This document shows, one piece after another, positions 49,590 through 61,625 of a stretch of DNA of 64,000 nucleotides. The position numbers and the translations under genes are program-made. Location of the stretch: positions 310,001 through 374,000 of the forward strand of contig JAAOMT010000577.1 of the NCBI GenBank assembly GCA_016748015.1, in the 5' to 3' direction. Every line of letters starts with the position of its first letter. The first letter of the stretch is position 1. This DNA is from Geosiphon pyriformis uo1. Taxonomy: Eukaryota; Fungi; Glomeromycota. The notes beneath the pieces were generated by a model, which saw only the letters and a list, made by a program, of their open reading frames with translations, made no database searches and had not been told where the DNA came from.

Positions 49590-51554
49590 ATGATAGAACC
49601 AGTTGGCTTGTCTGCTGGTGGCTTTGGCTTGATTTCAGCTGGTCTGAGGACCTGTATGAATGCTAAAAAGAACCATTTGGATAGTGTGTATTCTCATGGT
49701 GCTTCACAAAAAAAACCAAGGAAGCATGTCACTGGAGTGAGTATTATTGATTTGTCTGCTGGCTCTTTGAGTCTTGAGGATGTGGCAAGCATTGGTGGGA
49801 AGTTTGCTGTGTCTTGAAGCAGTAAGGTGAGTAGCGAAGCTAGTAGTATCAGTGGTCTGTCTAATGTAGAAAACATGAGGAATATGGTCACTGAGAAAAC
49901 AAGTTACACAGAGTCTGACAATTCAGTGGTTAATAAGGACATGAATAACACAATGCCACGAAAAACTCACACTCAAATGTACATGCTCGGCCAACCTTCT
50001 AAAAGTCTAGTGTTTACCCATATGAGTGATGTCAATGATGACAATGCTATATTGCTTCTATCATCTAATTTCAGTGGTTCCAAGTGTCTCCCATTGGCTG
50101 AGTTATGTGTTTTGGAAAAACGGTGCTTCAATTCAACCAAATTTTTTGCTCTTGATATTGAGCTTTCAGCTGTATCTGATAAGACTATTGGTGATAAGTT
50201 GATTTGTGTGAAAAATTTTTTTTATTAAATAGATGGTTTTGGGGAGATATCAACTCCCTCAAAATTTCCTGGGATTATTAGATCTTTATTTACATCAGAG
50301 TTGAGTTTAAAAAGGGCTAGGAAATTGGCAATTTATGAGAAAATTGTGGCAAATAATAATGTCAGACAAGTAAACAAACTTTTGGATTGGGTAATTATTG
50401 TTAAGAAGATTCCAGTTGATCTTTTTAAATTGGCTGTAGAATCTGTTTTTTCCAAGTTTGGCAGGGTTGTATCAATTAAGATACAATTGATTGGCCTGTG
50501 GCAAAAAGCTTTAGTGGAGTTTGAGTCATCTGAAATAGCTGATTTGGTTGTAGCTAGATGGTCTGTTTTCATAAGAAAGAATTCTGTTCATGTGGCAAAA
50601 GCTGTTGAGAATAAACAATCGTAAATTTTCAAAGATCTACATTGGGCATTGCTTTATACTTTTCCAGTTGGTACAACAGCTCATGATCTTTCAGATTTGT
50701 TAAAATCATATGGTGAGAAGACTTGTTTCATTGGCCGTAATCTCAGTTCATATGTGTGTGATAGATGTGCAATTGTGTGTTTTGGTGATGAGGCATCCAA
50801 ATTGGCTGCTATTAGTTCTGTTTTAGTTTATAAGGGTGTAAATTTGCATTGGGCTGGTCTTTTTCTGGCTTGTTGTGCCAAGTGTAAACAATTGGATCAT
50901 ATCTCTATGGAGTGTTCATTGGGCAGAAATTCTAGTGCTTATAATAAGTGGGTGGTAAATTCTCAGGATCAGATGTGATTGGCCAACATATATAAGAAAA
51001 AGCAGGCTTCTATTGCTCATCCAGTTTTTTTTGGTGGCAAAACTTGGGCTCAAGTTGCTGGTGTGTCTCTTTCTCATGTGGTTTCTTCAGTTTCTTCTGG
51101 TGCTGGTGTGTCTTCTGGTGAGAAACCATCATCATTGATGTCTTCTCCTCCTGATGTCTCTGGTTTAAGTAATCATTTGGCAGCTCTAGAATGCTCTTTG
51201 AAGCTTTTGGCAGATCAAGTGTTGGATATTTTAAAAAGATTGAATGGTGTTGAATTGGTGCTATTGGTATCTCCCTCTTGTGTTTTTCCACTGGCTATCT
51301 TTGTGCCTAAAATGTCAGTCTTGAATTTGGATATGCTTGTGGATAGCATGTTAGCATCTTCCAACTCCCTCCCTTCAAATGTTAATGTATTGGGTGCTGG
51401 TTTTAGTTTTAGCATTTCTAAGGTTTTAACTACCAAGGTGGATGGTTTGGAATCTAAATTGTCAGCTTTGGATGCTTCTGTTGGTACAGTTTTAGCAAGA
51501 TTGGATCATTTGTGTGTTGGTGCTGGTTTTTTGCTCCCTCAATTTCCCCAATGA
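49590..51554 (+). pseudogene. LINE ORF1 (RRM-like domains, CCHC knuckle, coiled coil)
   Basis: Consecutive same-frame fragments split by stops. RRM-like VFSKFGRVVSIKIQLIGLWQKALVEF, knuckle CAKCKQLDHISMEC, heptads LAALECSLKLLADQV. Confidence 0.85.
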
Positions 51555-54500
51555 GCAGTCTGGTTTGGAAATTTGCTACGTGTAATGTTTATGGTCTGAC
51601 TGTTTCTGTTAAACAAGGGGATGTTGTCCATTGGCATAAAGAATCAGGCAATATGGTGTCTTTTATTACAAAAACCAAGTTGTGCTCTAGCATTAAACTT
51701 TGGATTGCTGATAGGTTCAATGACATCTGTATTTTTATGTCAGGTCTGGATAAGGGGTTTTTTGATGCTGGGGTGGCCATTATTATGAACAGTTCCTTGG
51801 CTCATCATGTTTCTAAGGTGGAGGAAGTTTCCGGTCGGGTTATTTCTGTTCGGCTCTTGTTTAAGGACAAGCTTTTAGTCACTTTTTTGGGATTGTATGC
51901 AGGTGCCTCTTCTGGGATCAGATATGGTCAGGCTTTTAAGATTAATTCTCTCATTGCGAGGGCTGTTAACTCCAGCACTTTTGTTGTTTTGAATAGAGAC
52001 TTTAATGAAAATAGATCTGGTAAAAGTGTGAGTTTCAAATTTTGTTTGAATTTGGGTTTGGTCAATTCATTTGTTGGTTTTCATTTGGCTGGATCTTCTA
52101 CATGGAGCAACTCAAAAGAAGTTGAAAAAACAATTGATTACATTTTTGTTAGTGGGAACTTATTATTTACTGTTGCTGATCATAAGGTTGCCTCAGTCTC
52201 AGTTTTTTTGACACTGACCACAGGGTGGTAGTGGTGTCAATCAGCTTAGGTGAGCTTCTGGATGTTCATTTGAATAGCTTGCATAAACAGGCAAACAGGG
52301 ATTGTTGGAAGTTCAAAATCAAGGATGCTGGCTGTGTTCAATGGGCCAAGTTCAAGGATCTCTTGTCAGCCAAGCTCATATTATTGGGTAAGTTGTTCTC
52401 TGGTGCTGAATTATGTGGGGATGTAGATGCTATGTGGGCAGTTTTGGAGAAAGCTGTGGTGATGTCTGCTGATGTAACATTTTTGAGACATTGGTTTAAC
52501 AAATTTAAGTGTTCGAGAAACAAACATTCTTCTAAGTTTTTTGGTTTGGAATTGTTGGTGGCCAAGATTGTCAAGCATTTCATTCTAATGATCTGTCTGA
52601 AATCAATCATCTAGTGAGTAGATGATCAACTTTGGATGATGCCAAGGCTCATGCTTTTAATGTCTTATTCTGCTCAGGTGTGAAGTCTGAAGTTATTGTT
52701 AAACATTTGTTATTGGTCTGCAGAGACTATAAAAAGTCAAAGATGTTTAAGTCAAGGTTGGCTAAGGAAGCTTCTATCAGAAAGACAATTGAAAGATGCA
52801 TGAAAAATTTCTGTTTGGATAAAGATAGTATGATCAGAAGTGTGTTGAACAGACCTTTTCACAAGGTGGTGTTGGATCACTTAGTGGTTGACAATAAGCT
52901 GATTCTAGAACCTGAGGAGATGAAGTTAAATGTAGACAAGATTATAAAAGGATAGACAAGGAAGTGCTCAGTGCTTTCAGTGCTCTCTGACCTTTGGGCC
53001 CATCAGTATGCACCTTTGGAATATGTTCAGGATGACACTTTTTCTGGTGTTATGTGTGTGGTCAATATGGACAAGTTGCTTCTAGTTGTTTTTAGTCTGC
53101 CTGATAGCAAGGCTGCTGGTTTGTTTGGTATTTCAAATGAGCTGTGGAAACATAGTGGTGAGGTGGCTCTAAGGTGCCTGTTGAAGCTGTTAAATATGTG
53201 TTTGACTGTTGGTTTGGTGCCTGCTTTGTAGAAAGAGATGTGGGTTTCAATGATTCCTAAGCCTTATGATTGAGATGGAGTTCTTACAAACACTTGGCCC
53301 ATTGCTTTAATTAAAAGTGCCAGGAAGATCATTTTTAAGATTTTGTTTGATCATATTTCAGTGGCTTGTAACAAGTTTAATGTGCTTCAAGATGACAATT
53401 TTTTGGTGTTGAAGGGTACATCCACACAATCTCTGGTGTTTGCTGTCAGGTCAGTAGTCAAGGATGCTCTTGAAAAAAATAGAGAAGTGTGATTGGTTTT
53501 GCAGAACATACAAAAAGCCTATGATTTGGTAGAATGGCATCATTTAAAGACTAGCTTGTGGTATATCAAGATGTGTGATAGATTTATTAGGTTTTTTGGT
53601 GGTATTTATGAAGACAGAGTTAACAGGGTGATGACTGACTTTGGTTTGTCTGGTGGTTATAGGGTATATGATGGACTGGATCAGGGTAAAGTCTTTTCGC
53701 CTCTTCTGTAGAGGATCTTTTATGACCCTCTTTTATATAAAGTCAAGAGACATGAACAATTGTGTAGGTATCGAATTAATACTAGGTTTGTTTCGAAGAC
53801 TGGATGGATTGAGAGTGGTGGAAGTCTTACCTCGTATTTTTCAGCTGGTGCATTTGTTAATGATACAATCTGGATTGGGAATTGTCAAGCCTTCACTCAG
53901 TATGCTTTGAACATTACCAGTAAGTTTTTTGAGGTCAATGATATTTCTATTAACAGTGAGAAGACTGTGGCTATTCTCATCAATCAGGGTGTTAAAGTTG
54001 CTTCATTGAGTATTTGTGGACAGTCTATTTCAATTGCTAAGAAGGGCGAAGCGCATTGCTATTTGGGTATCTTTTTGTTTACTAAGGGGTTGTCCAAACC
54101 AAGTGTTGCCAAAGCTCATACTGATGTTCATTTTTTGTCAATGTTGTGCTTAAAAAGACTATTACAGATAAGCAGTTCTTGTATTTGGTTTTGGCTGTCT
54201 TGCAGCCTATTGTCAGCTATCGTATTCAGTTTAGCTTTGTTTCTTTTAGTGTTTGTCACAAGTGGGATGTATTGGTTAGGAAGAGTCTTAGGTCTAAAGC
54301 TTGTCTTCCCTGTAACTTTTCTGATGCCGCTTTGCATCATCTCTCATTGTATAACCTAAAACCCTTTAAGCAGGTGCAATCTGAAGAGAAGGTGGCTGCT
54401 CTGATAATGTTCTCTAATGCTCCTAGTATTCTTGGGCATTTGTTTAGTCATAGATTTCTGGATTTGCAAGTTCTGAATTGGGCTCCTTTGGACTCTTTGC

Positions 54501-56239
54501 AGTTTCTTGTCAGGTTATGTGTTAGTCCAGTGAACAATTTTCTGGCTGGGTTGGTTAAGATCTTTTTGGACAATAAGCTGTCTTTGGCAAATAATTTCTC
54601 CACTGCTTTTTGTAGTCCTGGCCATTTTCCTTTGTCTTCTATACTTGGAAAGTCTTTGTATTTTGATTCGGTCAAATCTCTCAAATGTTTTGGTGTTGTC
54701 TTTGGTGATCGGTTTTTTGATAAGAAAGGTGGGTTTGTTGGATTGGAAGACTTTTTGCCATTGGAAGAGATTGGATTCACATGGTCCTGTACCTCATTGG
54801 TTTATGGTTGCATCTGAGTTTTTTCTGGATAAGAAGTTCTTGTCATTTGACACTCCTGGTTCTTTTGAGCTACATGGATTGAATGTATTGAGGTTTAGTG
54901 AGTTTTTTGCTATAAAAAATGGATTGCATATTGTTTGGTTGGGCTTTTTTGGGGTTTATACAAATGGGTCCTTGAAGAATGCTGGCTCTGCTGAGGTTGC
55001 AAGTGGTGCTGCTGCATACTTTCTAGCCTTGGATCTGAGTGTTGATGTTGTGGTTTGGGGTTTTATGTCTTTTACCATGGCCAAATTACAGGCTGTTGTT
55101 TTGTCTTTGGAGTGTGTCCCTTTTTCTAGTACTGTAGTGTTGCATTTTGATAGTTAAGCTGCCATTAACGCATGTGTATCTGAGATGTCTCTTGATGCCC
55201 CCAATTTCCATAATCAATGCTGGCTTAAGAGGCGTCATAATTTTAATTTGGTTAGGGATAAGGATCTTAATGTGAGTTGGGCTAAGGTAAAGAGCCATTT
55301 CAGGATTTCTGGTAATGTAAGAGCCAACTTGGCTGCTGGGGCTGCCTCTGGGTCTCCCTTTTCACTGTTGGCCAATGTGCATAAACACTTTCTGGTTGCT
55401 AAGAGTACTGCTGTTTTTGGTAATGCCCATTATTTTGTTTGGGATATTTTTTAGTCTGTTTGTTATGCTCATTGGAAAGCTGGCTCTGGCTATGATGTAG
55501 TTCCAGATGTAATAGTTGGTTGTGTGGACTGGGTTGCTACTGCAAGAGTGTGACATCCTAATTTTTATATGCTTTCTGGTTTTACTAGTCACAAGTCTTC
55601 AACACTCTGCTTTTATATGATGAAAGCTGTGCACAAGAGATTGCCAGTGACAGTAGGAAGAGGCTGTATAATAGATATTACCCTGGCATGCTGTGTCTGT
55701 TATGTGGTGGTGTGGAGTTCTCTGACCATGCTTTTACTTGTGTTCATGAGTCTGGCATTCACAATAAGATCTTGGCTGAGACTTCTGCTTGTTGGTCTGC
55801 TGTGGCTGGTGTTTTTGATTGTTTTTTGTCTGCTGTATTATGGGTACTATCTCAATGTTCCATTGATGTTGGGTTGTATGCTTTGGTATGCAAGGGGTTT
55901 GTGCTGGATGAATGGCTTAGGAAGGCTTGTTGTGTTGTTGATGACCAAAAATTGGCTGTTGCTCAGATTGTTGATTTTGTAAGATTTATTGTTGAGTTGT
56001 ATTGTGCTAGAGTGTGATTGGTGAGATCTAGCCATTGGGTGGTGATAGAGAAGGCTGGTTTGGTTTGGGATGGTAGTGTTGTTTCTGGGCTTTCTCATGA
56101 TGTGTCTTCTTTGTTTTCTGATAGTATTGTTAAGTTGCTTGGTGTGATTAAGTCTTTTACTGTTAGCTTTGATTGTCAGAAGCCATGTAGTTTCTTCTCT
56201 GGTCTGGGAGGTAGTGTACAGGTTATTATAGGTGTGTAG
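51551..56239 (+). pseudogene. LINE ORF2: AP endonuclease, reverse transcriptase, RNase H, C-terminal zinc finger
   Basis: ATCNVYG, RDFN, TWSN..IDYI, TDH (APE). KAAG..GI, IPKP, KAYD, GLDQG..FSPLL, AFVND (RT). VYTNGS, MAKLQA, DS*AA, KVKSH..GN..AN (RNase H). CLLCGGVEFSDHAFTC. Confidence 0.92.
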
Positions 56240-56754
56240 TATTGCCTTGACTGGCCTGAGTGACTAGCCATATATAGTAAGTGCATGAGTCATGTTTAGT
56301 TTGAGCCTCTTAGTTTGGCTCTATATACTAGATAGTAATTGGGCTTCACTCGTTAAATCCTTTAATAAAAAATAAATAATTAATTAATATTGAATTTTAA
56401 AAGTACTAATATTATGAGTAAATTTAATAAAAAAAAATATTATAACTTTAATATTTAGATACAATTAATAGAAACAGTTTTTAAAAATAATTAAAAGTTT
56501 TTTGGCAAATTAGTTTTTGAAAAGTTTTTTTTGTCAAGATTTTATTTATTAAGTTTTTTTGTTATAAAACATAAAATTTATAAAACATTTTAATATAATA
56601 GCTATTTAATAACTGTTTTTAGTATAGCTTATTAGTAAATTATTCTGTTATTGTTTTTAGTTATTAATTGTATTAAACTGTTTTATTTTGTACTAATTAA
56701 TTATAATTATTAGTATTTAATATTGTTTTTTTGCTTTTTTAATAAATTAATAAT

Positions 56755-57398
56755 GTTGTTATAAATTAGAGTAATAAGCTAATAGATAGCAAAAGAGAAC
56801 AGATTTGTAGAATAATAAAATTAATTAAAAAGAGAATTACAATAATAAAGTAAATTGAATAAATAAAAATTTAATATATGTGATCAATTTTATAAAAATT
56901 ACAGTTGCAAATTTTTTTTAAGAATTTAAAAGTAAAAAAATAATTTGTAATTGTCAACAAAATAATATTACTGCTATTATTCTATGTCTTAACTCAATGA
57001 TTTTTAGAATCAATAACAGATATTATTATATTTTTCAATTATTTTTTATTTAAAAAATTACAAGAGCAAGCAATTGCTTTTCAAACTAATTTTAACAAAA
57101 CAAATCAAGAAAAAAAAAAGATATATAAAAAAAAGTAATTAATAGTGGATTTTATTTTGTATTTTAATTATGTTTTTTTATAGTTAAGAGACTTATTACT
57201 TATATAACTATAAAAAGTAATTAATAACTAAGTCAATAATTAAGTCAATAATTAATTTAATAATTAGATCAACAATTAAGTCATTGATTAAGTTAATGAT
57301 TAGGTTAATAATTAGATCAATAGTCAGATTATTGATCAAGTTAATAATTACTATCTAAAAATAAAGATGCTAATTATGTAATATTAAGTACTAATACA
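56755..57398 (-). repeat. Family-C LTR (likely 3' LTR of the minus-strand element to its right)
   Basis: Reverse complement of ~10780-11480, including the 12-bp repeats at 57220-57350. Confidence 0.65.
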
Positions 57399-57399
57399 T

Positions 57400-60300
57400 G
57401 TAATAATTAATAAAAATTATGGGTTTTAACTATAATATTATTCTTTTTAAAAAGATTAAATTTTAGCAAAATCAAGCTTTTTATAAGATATTCTAATTAA
57501 AAAGTTTTGTTTAATTTAAAGCTAACTAGTTTATTAAAGTTTTTTGTTGTATAAGATATATAATATTTGAAACAAGATAAGTTTTGTATAAGAGTTTTGG
57601 CTTTTCTAGCAATAATTAAACTTTTGAAACATTTAACTATATAATGTCTAGAATTTTCATTTGTATTTTTAAAGTTGTTTTTTTTATAAGCTTTATATTT
57701 TCTATAATTTCATCAAGTTAACCATAAAACTTTAGTTGTCTTTTATATAACAAATTTTTGTTTATGGGCAAAATTTTTTTAATTGTTTGTTCAAATATAT
57801 TATAAAATACTAGTATGCTTTTAAGTATATATTTATCTATTTTGCTACCAATTTTTTCTTTTTTGGTAGTGGTTATTTTTGGTTTAATAATAGTATATAT
57901 TCTATTATTATCAGTTATAATAATCTGTTTTCTAATAGTCAAAATAATATTTAGATAATTTTTGATCTAATATTCATAGAAAATATAGAAAGTATTTTGA
58001 ATATTTTAATTTAAAAAATAATTGTTCATGTAATTGAAGATATTTCTGTTTTGAAAATAGTGCATTTATTTATATCTAATTTTGGCTGATTATTTGGATT
58101 AGTATTACCATAACAGATAACCAATCAGATTGTTTGTAATATTTTTTGAATTGTGTACCATAAATAAAGTAATCATTAAAGATTGTTCTATATTGATCTT
58201 GTAAAATATAAAAACTATTGTTTAAAACTTTGTTGACTATAAAGAATTTTTTCTACTGACTAGAGAATTTATTACTATAAATATTGTTTCTGTTTAAGTG
58301 GTATTTTAAAATTAAGTTATTAATACTTAAAAAAAATATTTTATAAGTTTTTTTTTTCTTAAGCTTTTTTTAAAACTGTCTTATCTTTTTATCAAGAAGT
58401 TAATAATAATATTAAGTCTTTTTTGCAAATGTCTTTGTAATTCTCTATTGTGATTTTTTCAAAAAATATTGTTTTAATATCAGTTTCTATTAATAGTGTT
58501 GCTATTTGTCTATAGAGCAGATAAAAAAGTTCATAACTTGTTATGTCCTAATTCACAGTTTTATAAGCAAATAAAGCTAAAGATAGTATTTTGTTTTATA
58601 AGTTTGTTTTTTCACTGGTTTTAGCTAAGATTTTACATAGTGTTTTATTAAAACATTCTACTAAACTATTTGTTTAAGAATAATAAAGAGAAGAAAGTTT
58701 ATAATACATTTCCATTTTTTTACAAAGTTCTTTAACCAGTGTACTAAAAAAAGCTTTTTCTCTGTTAAATAAAAGTTTTTTAAAACAACCATAGTGACAA
58801 ATAATATTTTTATAAATAAAGTTGGCAATAAAGACTGTTGTTTAATCTGGAATGACTTTTGCTTCTACTTACTTTGTAAAATAGTTAATAACTGTAATAA
58901 TGTATTTATTGCTATTAAGAGTTATAGTTAAAGATCTAACAACATTTATACCAATTTTATTAAATAGTTAATCAACAAAAATTAGATAAATGTCTTTTTT
59001 GCATTTGGGTTTTTCTTTTTTTTTAACAAGTATTACAGGTTTTGATGTATTTAACAATGTTTTTTTCTAAAGTAGACTAATAATAATAAGCTAAAATTTT
59101 TTGAATTGTTTTTGTTTTTCCAAAGTGTTTAGCTAATAAATTAGTATACATATTATAGATCATGATTTTTTTTTCTTTAATTCTGATAATTTTTTAAGAA
59201 TAATCAGAATTTTTTTTATTTTTTTTGTAAAATTGGTTTTGGAAAATCAAATAAAAATTTAATTGTTTGCACAAATGTTTTTTTTGTGCTCAAGTATAGT
59301 TTAGTGAGTATTGTTTTTTATCTAAAAATTTTATTAAGACAGAATAATTGTTTAAGTTTATTATTGTATTTGTTAATAAAGAGATTATTAATAATTAGGT
59401 TGGTTTGGTTTAAAAAAATTGTATTATTATTAAATAATAAGTCTAGAAAGAGTGTTGGCATTTTAATAATAAATTTTTTTACAATATTGTATATTATAGT
59501 CAAATTTATTCAGATAGAGTATTTAATAAGTTATTTATTTGTGTTCTAGCTTTTTTTGTTGCATAAGCAAATCAGAGCTTGATAATCTGTTATCACTAAG
59601 AATTTTACACCAAAAAATACTTACTCTAGTAGTTAGTAGATTATACTACTGCTAAGCATTCTTGTTAAATAATTAAGTAATTCTGTTCTCTAAAGAAAAA
59701 AATCTGTTAGCATAAATTATAATATGTTTTTTATTATCTTTATTTTTTAAAATAAGACTGCACCAAGTTTAAAACCAGATATATTAGTGTAGAAAATAAA
59801 AGATTGATACAAATTAAATTGCTTAAGAATTGGTTTAATAACTAGTTTTTTTTTTAAGATTTTAAAAGCTTTTTGTTAATGTGTGTTTTAATAATAATTA
59901 ACAGTTTTTTTAAATAGCTGATTGAGAAGAAAGATAATTTTGGAGAATTTTTTAACAAACTTTTAATAATAAGATGCTAAACCAAGGAAAAATTATAGTT
60001 TATGAATATTTATTGATTGTTTAATGTTTTAAATTTTTTCAATCTTGACTGAGTCAAGGAAGATTTTATTTTTTGTAATAAAATGTCTAAGAAACTAGGT
60101 AAATTGATATTTAAATAAATTTGATTGAGTTAATCTTAAGACCAATATTTCTAAAAAGATTAAAAACTTTTTGTAAATATTCAAGATAATTATTCAAAAT
60201 TTTTAAGTATGTTATTATGTTATTTAAATAAACCAGAATAAAGTTTTTTTTTACTAATTCAAATACTTTGTCCATTAAACATTGAAAAATAAGAAAAATA

Positions 60301-61625
60301 TTGGTAAAACCAAAAGACATAGCTGTAAATTTATAGGTGCTATATTTAATAATAAAGACAGTTTTTTTTTGCTTTTTGGATTTATTTCTATTTGCCAGAA
60401 TTTAGTAGTTAAATCAATAGTTGAAAAAAAAACAGCACTATTAAATTGATTCAATATTGTATCAATTTTGAGAAGTGAATATATGTTTTTTTTAGTAATA
60501 GTATTTAATTAATAATAGTTAATATCAAAGTATAGGATTCTATCTTTTTTGAATATTACTACAACTAGAAATGCTTATTTGTTCTTGGTTTTTTGTATAA
60601 ATCTAAAGTTTTTTATCCAATTTATTTTTTTCTTGATGAGTTTATTATTATAACAATTAAATTAATAAGACTTTAAACAAATAAAGTAAGTTTTTCTAAT
60701 AGCAATAGTGTATTATATTACATAAATATATCCAAAAATATTATTTTCTTTTAAGATAACTGAATTATTTTTAGCCAACAGATTTTCAATGTCAATTTTT
60801 TTTTTTTAAGAGTTTTTTTTGTATTATTATTAATAATTGTATTTTTGGTAATTTATTTTTAAAAAACTTTGGTAATTTTTTTATTTTTTCTCAAGGTATC
60901 AATATAATTGGTTTCTAATTTTTGTAATAGATTAAACAAAACATTTATTCATTATTAAGAGAATACAATAGTTTATTGTATTAACATCAAACATAAAAAC
61001 TATATTACCAATAACTGTATTTGGCTTTTTTGTTAAGTTTTTTATCAAAGATTTTTTTAAGAATATTATAATAGAGCCAACAAATCAGCTTGTCATTTAT
61101 AATAATTTTTTTTGTTAGCTTTAATATTATCTAATAGCTTGCTATTGCTGGTGAAAGTGGTATAGACAAATTTAACAGTTTCTTTTTGTTTTTTTTGTTT
61201 TTTTTATTTATTGCTTTTTTTATCATCTAATTTATTTGATTGTTTTTTTTTTTGGTTCTGCTTGGATACTAGAAAAGTTGTCTAATAATAACACTTAAGC
61301 ACAATAAACTTTTCATAATATTTAATGATTTATTCATACAGCTTATAATCAAGTAAAACCTTGGCTTTTTTAAGCTACTTATTGCTAACAATTATGGTTT
61401 ATTCTTTTGCTTTAAGAACTTTTATGTTAGTTTCAATGCTAATGTTATTAATGTAAACAAAAACAGTTTTGATTATGCCCAGATCTTTTTTTTTGTTGCT
61501 ATGTACATTGGTCATTAATTAAATAGAAAGTTTATCAATTTTTTTGTCAATTGCTTCAAAAAAGTATTTGACAATAATGTTAACAAATGATTTATTGTTC
61601 AAGATCAAATTAATAAAATAACCAG
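57400..61625 (-). pseudogene. pol: Decayed Ty3/gypsy pol (PR-RT-RH-IN), family C
   Basis: RT MSFGFTN...ILVYLNNIITY (ORF 60111-60320), RH QECLAVV near 59650, IN YFTK*VEA and TNSLVECFNKTLC near 58640-58885. Confidence 0.8.

Larger units (their letters stand above)
49461..56372 (+). mobile_element. Near full-length LINE (~6.9 kb): ORF1 plus ORF2 (APE-RT-RNase H-Zn finger), inactivated
   Basis: 5' UTR hairpin, ORF1 from 49590, ORF2 from 51551, 3' UTR ending TTTAATAAAAAA. A possible AT-rich TSD at 49443-49460 / 56371-56388 is weak. Confidence 0.92.

Noticed and set aside
49694-56098. Numerous minus-strand ORFs over the LINE
   Set aside because: These are antisense shadows of ORF1/ORF2 with no motifs.
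10780-57398. Inverted family-C repeats as TIRs of a 46-kb giant transposon
   Set aside because: Each copy is adjacent to its own gypsy internal sequence and no shared TSD was seen. Two independent LTR insertions is the simpler explanation.
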